NCBI RefSeq assembly: GCF_037902255.1
Contig: NZ_CP147990.1
Span: 3,330,001-3,362,000 of the forward strand
Origin: Candidatus Electrothrix sp. GW3-4
GTDB taxonomy: Bacteria > Desulfobacterota > Desulfobulbia > Desulfobulbales > Desulfobulbaceae
DNA: 32,000 nucleotides
Direction of reading: 5' to 3'
Position 1 is the first letter of the stretch; the number at the start of each line of letters is the position of its first letter. The notes below the pieces were generated by a model. It ran no database searches. It was not told the DNA's origin and saw nothing but the letters and a program-made list of their open reading frames with translations. Of the stretch, positions 15,914-24,327 are shown piece by piece. Made by a program: the position numbers and the translations under genes.

Positions 15914-16220
15914 GATCCTGCATCAGGTGCGGGGGAGGCGCATCGTTTGCTTCCTGATGCGCAAGTCATTCTGCACGGTTCCCGTGCCCGCCAATGCAAC
16001 CCGGCAGGATTCTGATTGGGATTTTCTGATCATCGCTGATCATCCGTTGGACAGAGAGATCATAACAAAGCTGAAGGATGGTCTGTATGATATTGAACTG
16101 GAAAATGATGAGGTGGTGAGCAGTATTATACGGAGCAGGTAGGAGTGGTTTTCTTCTGAATACGATGCGTTGCTGTTTAAAAAGGCAGTGGAGAGAGAGG
16201 GGGTAGAATTGTGAACTACA
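15885..16220 (+). repeat. R5: near full-length MNT pseudogene repeat (internal TAG) plus ~3 codons of the HEPN start
   Basis: MVTYLVNQVKILHQVRG...DSDWDFLIIADHPLDREIITKLKDGLYDIELENDEVVSSIIRSR*. Homology ends at gaattgtgaactaca. Confidence 0.8.
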
Positions 16221-16321
16221 GATTTAATTTGACTCCGACCCCTTTTATCCGAGTGGGGGCTTTTGCCGAATTCGGAGACCTCAGAACTCATTTTTTGTCC
16301 CGGCTTAAGTGGGTACCCTCT

Positions 16322-16683
16322 CAATGTGCATATACCGATATTTGGGGGGCTGTAAATAATCCGCCCTGAGTTATGGCTAATTCATAATAATCAGATTGAC
16401 CGTCTATAAAAAAAACGCCTTTGTATAATTTGCGTTGCCCATCATTTTTATATGAGTAAGTAAAATTATATTGACCACCTATGCAGTCACCAGAGATATA
16501 TCCTTTATCTGAATCTGTATTCGCAATTAGTAGGCCACCTCCTCCTTGAAAGTAAATACCTGTAGGCGGAGTAACTTCAAGTCTTGGCCTTCCCTCTAGT
16601 TCATTTAATATATTAATGTAAAGAGTAGCAGATTTTTTGCACTCATTAATTGGAGCTACGGACTGTTGTGATTTACTGGCAGA
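16322..16683 (-). pseudogene. 3' part of a low-GC gene of unknown function, with its 5' end removed at the IS3 boundary
   Basis: A 120-codon open frame without a start codon (SASKSQQSVAPINECKK...GGGGLLIANTDSDKGYISGDCIGGQYNFTYSYKNDGQRKLYKGVFFIDGQSDYYELAITQGGLFTAPQISVYAH*). It is absent from the ORF track because it lacks an initiator. Confidence 0.45.
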
Positions 16684-16807
16684 TTATAATGGACCCCTAT
16701 TCTTGGACAGCTATTTAAGGTAGATTTTTTTCTAAAAATGCTGAATGTATTTTGGTGCGCTTGGCACGAGTCCGAAATTCATACAGCCACTACCGGAGAA
16801 TCTACGC

Positions 16808-17086
16808 ATGTCACGTAAAAGAAGAGTTCACTCAGCAGCATTCAAAGGAAAAGTTGCCCTTGAAGCATTGAAAGAATTGAAGCCAATCAATGTATTAGCC
16901 TCCCAGTACGAGATTCAACCAAACCAGATAAGCACCTGGAAAAAGCAGCTCAAAGAAGGAGTGACCGAAATATTCAGCAAAAAGCGCGGTAGAGCCAAAG
17001 AGGACTCCAGTAAAGCTGAAAAACGCTTATACGAGGAAATCGGTCGCCTGAAAATGGAGCTGGACTGGCTGAAAAAAAAAGTCTGA
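16808..17086 (+). CDS. IS3-family transposase OrfA (HTH)
   Basis: MSRKRRVHSAAFKGKVALEALKE...ISTWKKQL plus a leucine-zipper tail. It ends in the A9 slippery run. Confidence 0.9.
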   Translation: MSRKRRVHSAAFKGKVALEALKELKPINVLASQYEIQPNQISTWKKQLKEGVTEIFSKKRGRAKEDSSKAEKRLYEEIGRLKMELDWLKKKV

Positions 17087-17912
17087 GTCCTTTTCGGATC
17101 CCCTTGATTTAATTGACTCTCAGCACAAGTCGATTAGCATCCAGAAGCAATGTGAGCTACTCGGCATCAGCCGATCCCGCTACTACTACAAGCCTGCGGT
17201 TGAAAGCGAGCTGAACCTCAAATTGATGCGAATTATCGACGAGATCTACACGGACTGCCCTTTTTACGGAAGCAGACGGATGGTCATTGAGCTGGAACGA
17301 CGTTCTTTTCACGTAAACAGAAAACGGGTTCAACGGTTAATGCGCCTCATGGGGATTGAGGCAATTTATCCTAAGCCGAAGCTAACGCAACGGAATAGTG
17401 AACATAAGGTCTATCCTTACCTCTTGAGGAACATCTTGATTGATCGTCCCAATCAGGTCTGGAGCACCGATATCACGTATATTCCGATGCAGGACGGTTT
17501 CATGTACCTGACGGCAATTATTGACTGGTACAGCCGCTACATCCTGAGCTGGCGCATATCCAATACGATGGATAATGACTTTTGCCTTGAGGCTCTTGAC
17601 GAAGCGTTAACTCAAGGATTACCCGACATTTTCAACACAGATCAGGGGGTGCAGTTTACGAGCAGGCAGTTTACACAACGCCTGACAGATGTTGATGTGC
17701 AAATCAGCATGGACGGCAAGGGACGGGCGCTGGATAATATTTTTGTTGAGCGTCTTTGGCGGACGGTAAAGCATGAAAATATCTATCTGAAAGACTACCA
17801 AAACGGCAGTGAGTTACACCACGGTCTGGAAGAATATTTTTCTTTTTATAATACTCGGCGGCCTCATCAGTCTTTGGGGTACAGGTTCCCTGAAGATATT
17901 CATTATTCCTGA
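17072..17912 (+). CDS. IS3-family transposase OrfB (rve integrase core), expressed as OrfAB by -1 frameshift on the A-run at 17072-17080
   Basis: QKQCELLGISRSRYYYKP, WSTDITYIPM, LTAIIDWYSR, NTDQGVQFTS, ERLWRTVKHE. Confidence 0.9.
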
Positions 17913-18022
17913 AGAGATACACTTCAGTCAAATAGAGGAGAAAATCATCAGATAAGCGAGTTTGTTGTTAGCCCAAAATCTATCTTAAATTATGCCAAAT
18001 TTTGTGTTGACGATGGGGTCCA

Positions 18023-18594
18023 CTTTAGATGAACCAAATAATTTTGGTGGGCTAATAACATTCGAAACTACTGCGCCAGCAATAAAAAGTTTCCCGAAAT
18101 CACTAACTTGTTCTAAGACATCAGGAGGTCTTTCCTTTTTTCTTTTGATTTTTTCTTCATACTGTCTTCTCCTTTCGTTTTCTTTCTTCTTTTGTGCATC
18201 TGCTAATCGCTGAAGCCTTTCCGCCTTTTCTTTTCGCTTAATCTCTTCATTCTTCCGTATGTTATTATTAATTACTAAAAGCGATTTGGAGGCACGATTT
18301 TTCAACCTTGGGTTCAAATCAATTGCTTTTTCAAAAAAAAAATTTGGCTTCGCTATAATCACCGAGTTCCCAAGAGGCAAAACCTGCCTGTAAATTTAAA
18401 TGCGCTTCATTTGGATATAGTTGAATCCCTTTTTCGTAGATTCTTAATGCCTCAGCATAATGTTCATTCGACATATATCTGCTTCCCCTCCTAAGAAAAT
18501 CTTGTACAGTTGCGGCATAAGATGTGTTCAAAAAGGTAAATATCAAAAAAAAAGCATTTATTGCTATGAATTTAATACTGTATATCAATTTCAT
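18023..18594 (-). pseudogene. secreted TPR-repeat / charged coiled-coil protein, frameshifted in an A10 run and 3'-truncated by IS3
   Basis: Signal peptide MKLIYSIKFIAINAFFLIFTFLNTSYA. The TPR sequence YAEALRIYEKGIQLYPNEAHLNLQAGFASWELGDYSEAKFFFEKAIDLNP spans the two ORFs 18331-18594 and 17985-18380. Confidence 0.6.
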
Positions 18595-19865
18595 TATTTA
18601 TACAGCCCAGAATAAGGTTCATATATTTTTTTATATCGTATGCCTGTTTTGTAAAAAGCAAACGATATCTTTTTATTGGGTAAGTAATACATTCTTACTA
18701 GCTCGAACTCTCCATTCTTATCTATATCACAAAATATATTTTGATCTGCACGATATTTTTTAGTGCGATATTCAACTTTAGGTATAGGGATATTTAATAC
18801 ATTTTTCCCTTTTACTTCTTTCAATATCATTTCTTGGCTATTTTTTCTATTAATACGCAAATTTTTTTTCTTTCCATCAAGTTCGTCAATAAAAAAAACA
18901 CCTCTTTTAAAGAGTTTGCTGTGTTTTTGCATGATGGTATTTGATCTATCCATATTATTATAAACTATTTGGCCTTCCTCATTGAAAAGTCCTGAACTGT
19001 TGTTTTTATCAAATAAAGGATATTCTCCTGTACTATCCCCTTTTTCTAAATAAGCAATTCGATATGATGTCTGTTTGGATAAACAATCATTATTTGTAAA
19101 CTTAATAAGTGATTTCATGAAAAGAAGTTTATGTTTTCCTGCATAATAAACGCGATCTGGATGTATTTCCCATAATGAGTTACCACTGTTTGTTTTTCTT
19201 TTAGGAAAAATAATTTTACATCTTTCTCTAATTTCAAAACTTCTATTCATGGGCAATAGGTCGTAAAATGAAATACTAGAAACATAATGAGAATGTTTAG
19301 TTTCAGTATAATTTGATTTAGCGAAAATAGGATTCATCCCTTGAGGTTGTAACATTGCCATTACTGGACCCCATTTTGACTTGCTATGTAGAAATTTAGA
19401 ACCAAGATATTCTGCTTCCGTTCCACCAATTGTCAATTTTTTTTCAAAATCAATTCTTTTAGCCCTGCCTTTTGTACTAATTTTAGCAATTTTTGCTATT
19501 ACTGTCGAAAAGGTTGGGATATCAATGAGTACATTATTTAGTTCGGGAATACTGTGGATGTCACGACCATCCAAGTTGAAAAGTGTATCTCCTTCGTTGA
19601 TTCCCTTTGTTTTTGAAGCAATTACACGAACACCATATGGGATTAAGTGACCAATCATTTTTTTTTCGTCAGGTTTCATATCCCTTACGGTAATCGTTCC
19701 AATTGATACAGTGCCAGTAGTTGACCTCTGAATATCCTCCTGCCCTTTGGCGTTTACTGGTAAGCAATTATAACCAAACAAGAAATATATAATAAAGAGG
19801 AAAGATATAAGGAAGAAATGAACAGATATCGGTCGTCTTGATGGAGTAAATTGAACCTCAGTCAT
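18594..19865 (-). CDS. membrane-anchored/secreted PDZ-domain protein with an uncharacterised C-terminal domain
   Basis: 423 aa with an N-terminal TM/signal (VHFFLISFLFIIYFLFGY). The PDZ-like segment is YGVRVIASKTKGINEGDTLFNLDGRDIHSIPEL. A TAATG overlap joins it to the next gene. GC is low. Confidence 0.6.
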   Translation of the reverse strand: MTEVQFTPSRRPISVHFFLISFLFIIYFLFGYNCLPVNAKGQEDIQRSTTGTVSIGTITVRDMKPDEKKMIGHLIPYGVRVIASKTKGINEGDTLFNLDGRDIHSIPELNNVLIDIPTFSTVIAKIAKISTKGRAKRIDFEKKLTIGGTEAEYLGSKFLHSKSKWGPVMAMLQPQGMNPIFAKSNYTETKHSHYVSSISFYDLLPMNRSFEIRERCKIIFPKRKTNSGNSLWEIHPDRVYYAGKHKLLFMKSLIKFTNNDCLSKQTSYRIAYLEKGDSTGEYPLFDKNNSSGLFNEEGQIVYNNMDRSNTIMQKHSKLFKRGVFFIDELDGKKKNLRINRKNSQEMILKEVKGKNVLNIPIPKVEYRTKKYRADQNIFCDIDKNGEFELVRMYYLPNKKISFAFYKTGIRYKKIYEPYSGLYK

Positions 19866-19992
19866 AATAGATTTACCTTTTCTGAGTAAAATAACAAGGG
19901 TCGGCTCTTTATTGGGCGGTCAAGAATGTATTCCCAATGTATCATAACTGATGAGCAGTGTGCAACCAGCAATAACCAACAAGTTGATTATG

Positions 19993-20105
19993 TTAGTCCT
20001 GCTTTCCCTGCTCTTTTATTTCACTCACAATCTTATCCAGACTCATCTTATCAAACACCTTTTTTCTTTCTTCTGTGTAGTCGCCGAATCCCATCGTGAA
20101 CGGAT
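19993..20105 (-). pseudogene. C-terminal relic of the GFGDYTEER small-protein family (homolog of 2697-2910)
   Basis: ..NPFTMGFGDYTEERKKVFDKMSLDKIVSEIKEQGKQD*. The upstream part is not conserved. Confidence 0.5.
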
Positions 20106-20128
20106 TGGGTGAATTAGGGACAGACCAT

Positions 20129-20811
20129 CAATGGCACGACCTTAAGACTTTTAACTGAACAATATCTTTCAGTTATGGTCTTTAGCAGATTAAATTAGCG
20201 TCAGATGACATAACGTATAGACACCGTTACTAATTCTTTGTAAGAATAAGCTTTTCAGATCAATAAAATCAAGTGTGATATATGACATTTTTAAAACCAA
20301 TCAAAAAAAAATCGTTCGCCAAATTAACAACCTGAAAGCTCGCTTTTGTCAATCATATAAGCTGCCTTTCAGTGATATACTCTCTGCCGATTACATACAC
20401 AAGGTTGTAGAGGAGGAAACTCCTAAGTTTCGCAGTAGGGTTTTCACCCCTATTGTGACTTTACAGGCCTTTATTTCTCAGGTTTTAAGCCAAGATCACT
20501 CTTGTCGAGATGCGGTAGTCCGCGTACTGGCGGACAGAATAGCGCAGGATGAAACGCCTTGTTCTCAGGATACGAGTCCATATTGTCGAGCCAGAATGCG
20601 TCTCCCGGAAAAGCTGATCACGAGATTGCTGAGCAAGATCGGTCGAGATTTACATGACCAATCGGAAGAGGCTTGGAAGTGGAAAGGCCGTTCTGTTAAA
20701 TTGGTTGACGGCACAACGATTTCTATGCCTGATACCCCTGAAAACCAAGATGCCTTTCCCCAGGTTTCCGGTCAAAAAAAGGGGTTGGGGTTTCCGATTG
20801 TCAGGCTGGTT
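20129..20811 (+). mobile_element. IS4-family IS, copy C, 3'-truncated by insertion of another IS
   Basis: IRL CAATGGCACGACCTTAAG lies at 20129. The transposase N-terminus (ORF 20275-...) is identical to copy A until ggctggtt at 20811. Confidence 0.9.
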
Positions 20812-22676
20812 AAGGGTGTTGAAAAGTACCCCTGCATAGAGCAATTTCAGTTGTCCGAGATGCTCAATAAGCATTTTTTTCGTTTGTTAGTGTCACTGCA
20901 ATCTGATGTCGAGCACTTTCCAGGCGGAATTCAACCTTTTTCAAAAAGCCACTATGGGCAAGGCTCTATTTTTGGACAAGCCGACTGTCAGAAACAGCAA
21001 AAATGAACAAACGGGTATTTTTGTAGCTGTAATAATTTAGATTATTGTTTTGGTCCTTCTGCTATGTTGCCATTTTGAAGAGTGGCAGTTGCGGTGACTT
21101 TTTAGCAGGTATTTTTTTGCGGGTTCCTATCATTTTCAACAATAACAAGGAAATACTGCTGAGCGTACATCGAGCTGTGATCGCGGACTGACCGCGAACC
21201 CGAATGGTTTCAAGGCCGGTTTGATGTTTTAACAGGTTGAAAGGTCGTTCAGAATTTTTGCGAATATCGTGTGCCTCCTGTATCTGCTCGACATGGTAAG
21301 GTATTCGCTGGAAAAAGCCTCTGTCTAACGGTATGCATCGACATTGCGGACAGCTTCCTTCGAGAAGACATTCACCTGTATTTGCAGCACATTTATACTC
21401 GTGATGATTCCCTTCGACGCCTGCATACTCCATAGGAACAGAACATTCATCATGGCAGAAAACAGTGCCTTTGACAGCATCAACATTATCCGGTGTAGAT
21501 ACTGTAGAACAGGGTGGAGTTGTCACGTATACACCTGTTTTATTGTATAATGATCCGTCATTGTCATGATAGGCGGTATCGGCGGTGATGAGTTTCATCT
21601 TAACCCCCATAGCCTGCGCCACATCGACCAAAAGCGAAAGAAAGTGACTATCATGGTGATTTGCCGGTGCAAGCAAAGATATGATCGGAAAACTATGATC
21701 AGTTTCAGCGTCAATTGCAGTTAACGTATGCAGACGATAGCCGACTACGTACACAGATTTGTCACGCTTGTTGCGTCGTTTTCCACAGTCGCTGTCGAGA
21801 TCATTGTAAATGCGTATATTTTGACCATTGATATTCAATGAAGCCAGGGGGATTTTACATTCATTGGCCAGTTCGGTAGAGTCCACTCCGTGCAGGATAT
21901 GGTCACCAAGCATCCCGGACTGCAAAAAATGATGCAAAATATAAACCGTAATATTAATCTGTTGGACAAATGTGAGGGAATTACGGAATTTGCTAAGCTG
22001 AGTATGGTCGATCATTGTTTTTTCACGCAATGACAATCCGATAAAGGCGCGATTCTGTTTGCGGTCAAGGCCGAGGTATTCTTCATCACAGAATTTTCGG
22101 TAGCTGATTTCTGGATACTTGATCGTCTTGAGCAGTTCGGCACGGAACATGTTGTGAGGGAAAAAGTCCCGCATAGCAGGACTATAGCCGTCATAAGCTA
22201 ACAGGCGATTGATAATTTCGTTGTCAAGCAGCTGGTCGATAAACTGGAGCTCTTCATCTTTGATATATTTGGCGAAACGCCTTTCGCCAAAAAGCTTTAT
22301 GATACTGTTATTTTTTGATTCATTGACAATATCGGCCATCTGATCAAGGCTGATAATCCCCTTTGTCGGAACCTGTTGCTCCACGCCGAGCAGCTGATCT
22401 GGGGTGGCTGAAATATCCTGCTTGAAATCATACTCGCCCGCGACCTGCGCGAGGACTTTTCGAGAGATTTCCTTTTTGGTCTTACGGTTCAGCCGGTTCC
22501 AATTAGGATAGTTTTCCTTAAGCTCTTTTTGTACGAGACGTTTGATATTTTTATTATGCATAATGCCTGAAATGGGTAACGAATTAACATTATTAACTTT
22601 TCGTCATTATACAGGGTTTTTTTCGACTTAAGCAACTGTTTTTGTGTAATATTGAAGTGTTCTTTTCAACACCCTT
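20812..22676 (-). mobile_element. IS5/IS1182-like IS (1865 bp) with terminal IRs AAGGGTGTTGAAAAG
   Basis: The inverted repeats at 20812-20826 and 22662-22676 bracket a single transposase gene. Confidence 0.8.
21062..22561 (-). CDS. DDE transposase, IS5/IS1182 superfamily (family not resolved)
   Basis: 499 aa. A DUF772-like N-terminal region (IDHTQLSKFRNSL), then HGVDSTEL, LITADTAYHDNDG and SERPFNLLKHQ. Confidence 0.75.
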   Translation of the reverse strand: MHNKNIKRLVQKELKENYPNWNRLNRKTKKEISRKVLAQVAGEYDFKQDISATPDQLLGVEQQVPTKGIISLDQMADIVNESKNNSIIKLFGERRFAKYIKDEELQFIDQLLDNEIINRLLAYDGYSPAMRDFFPHNMFRAELLKTIKYPEISYRKFCDEEYLGLDRKQNRAFIGLSLREKTMIDHTQLSKFRNSLTFVQQINITVYILHHFLQSGMLGDHILHGVDSTELANECKIPLASLNINGQNIRIYNDLDSDCGKRRNKRDKSVYVVGYRLHTLTAIDAETDHSFPIISLLAPANHHDSHFLSLLVDVAQAMGVKMKLITADTAYHDNDGSLYNKTGVYVTTPPCSTVSTPDNVDAVKGTVFCHDECSVPMEYAGVEGNHHEYKCAANTGECLLEGSCPQCRCIPLDRGFFQRIPYHVEQIQEAHDIRKNSERPFNLLKHQTGLETIRVRGQSAITARCTLSSISLLLLKMIGTRKKIPAKKSPQLPLFKMAT

Positions 22677-22706
22677 TCAAACAAAATTATTGTGATCCAT
22701 AGGTTC

Positions 22707-24327
22707 CACCCCACATTCAGCATACCCTCTATCCATTTCCAGAATATAATTTTTCATATCTCCCACCCAACAGCTTCAGCAGACGCAAATGATGTTCATT
22801 TAAATTCAGGACCAGCTGTTGCATTCCGCCGACAAGCAGCAGGTGAATTCCTGAAAAAAAACTGAAATACCCAACGAGCAGTAGGGTTAGGGGCAGGTTT
22901 TCCTTTCTGGTTGGGAAATGTTTCATTATTTATTTCGAGCGCTTGTCTGATGCGATATTCCAACGCGGCGTACACCAGGAGGCAAAGCGTCATAACCATC
23001 ATCAGGGCCATGATACGTTTTCGGGATTTTAAAAAAAAGCGTTGAAGCCATAAACATAGGATCTTTGAGGAAACGAAAACCCCGTTCAACCTTTTGCTGA
23101 TCTTTGTACACTTTCAAGAGTTCCTCGTCGGACAATTCTTCGCAGTCCAACTGATTCGTTGCAAGAATAAAACAGCTTTTTCGTTCCAACAATCGGGTTC
23201 TCTCCTGAAGCAGGGAGGCTGGGTTGCCTTCAATGCGGTAAACATAAAAGTCCGGTTTCTTGCCCTTGGCTGGCCGTCCTTTGCCCTTATGGCGAGGTAA
23301 AGCAACAACACGAGCGTCATGAATTGAGAGTATTTTCAGCTTTTTTTCAAAACGGGACAGTGCTTTCAATGCATCGGCCTCGCAGGCAAAATCCTGTTTG
23401 CACAATTTATCGAATTGCTTGGATTCATTTGTGCTCAGCTTGAGGCATTTTTTGTTTACGGTCTTGCGTCCCCGTTGATATGCTTCAGGCGAATAGACAA
23501 CCAACCAGCGCTGCCTGACATCGCCATAAACTACCCCGAGACTGCGAGATGCTGCTTTTTCAGGATCCTGCATCAGATTTGAAGCTACTTCATGGATGAT
23601 CTCCTGGGACAGATTCAATGTCTCCGGTACACGGGAAATCCACAATATCATGCTCAGTTCTTTTAATGTTTGCGCTGTATAGAGCGCACTATCCGCAACC
23701 AGATATTCCAGGCTGAAATCGTTTTTCATCTGATCAATATGCGCTTGCACTGTTTCCCGAAAATCTGTTTTATCGCTACTGTTACCACTTAACGGCTTCA
23801 TCAGAAGCGGGATGCCAGCCTGTCGTTCGCAAATGAGCTGCAACACGATCTGGTTCAGATCCGGACGATGATCACGGCTGTAGCCTTTTGTGATCCGAAT
23901 AACACCTTCTTCCTCTTCTGATCCGTTGGCTGGATAGCGACCGTCGGTATGAAAACTCGTTGAATCCAAGTGACCAAAACGTGCCAGCAGCCCTAGACGA
24001 CCAATTGCCCTAGCTGCAAGCTGCGAATATAACTCTTCGGGATTATGCTCGTAAATCACTTCTAAGGCCCGGCCCAAAACAGTATCGTTCAGGTGCTGGG
24101 CCTCAATGCCTTCTCCGATGAGTCGATCTACCGGTTTATCCTGGAAAAAATGCGGGGTCAGATACAATGCCCGATTCGCAAAGCCCAACCCGTTAAGAAC
24201 CATTGCCTTAACTGCCTGACCAACTGAGACAACTCGCTTTTCTTTATCCTGATGAATCAGACTGTCAATCAGCTCCCCAAGTCCGAGTTCGTCATACATA
24301 CCCGCGACTAGGCCCAAGTGATTGAGG
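22707..24327 (-). mobile_element. IS1634-family IS, copy 2 (uninterrupted ends, frameshifted transposase)
   Basis: Same termini as copy 1. It abuts the IS66 end directly at 24327/24328. Confidence 0.85.
22717..24299 (-). pseudogene. IS1634-family transposase, copy 2, with two +1 homopolymer indels
   Basis: T7 in copy 1 versus 8 in copy 2, at 23031-23038 and at 22854-22861. This splits the ORF into 22926-24317, 22796-23089 and 22729-22926. Confidence 0.85.

Larger units (their letters stand above)
16690..18022 (+). mobile_element. IS3-family insertion sequence (1333 bp), ends TGGACCCC...GGGGTCCA
   Basis: IRL TGGACCCCTATTCTTGGACAGCTATTTAAGGTAGATTTT versus reverse-complemented IRR TGGACCCCATCGTC...ATAATTTAAGATAGATTTT. 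It has an orfA/orfB organisation. Confidence 0.9.

Noticed and set aside
7866-16214. The R copies considered as template/variable repeats of a diversity-generating retroelement
   Set aside because: There is no reverse transcriptase or accessory gene in the window. Differences between copies are scattered transitions and indels, not adenine-specific substitutions confined to one copy.
6932-16220. A classical integron or CALIN with attC sites
   Set aside because: There is no intI gene. I found no RYYYAAC/GTTRRRY core pairs at unit boundaries, the boundaries are ragged, and the repeat is too long and is coding-derived. The resemblance is architectural only.
16215-16260. aatttgactccgaccccttttatcc looked like a tRNA 3' fragment or att site at the end of R5
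   Set aside because: No complementary T-stem, acceptor stem or CCA context can be drawn, and no integrase lies nearby.
7683-16324. Recurrent minus-strand ORFs beginning MIRKS(R/Q)SESC... (7683-7946, 8988-9362, 13078-13605 N-terminal part, 14654-14851) and 16040-16324
   Set aside because: They start at an ATG that is the antisense of the ...FLIIADH codons of the R repeat, then run into unrelated flanking sequence with no conservation beyond the repeat. They recur only because R recurs.
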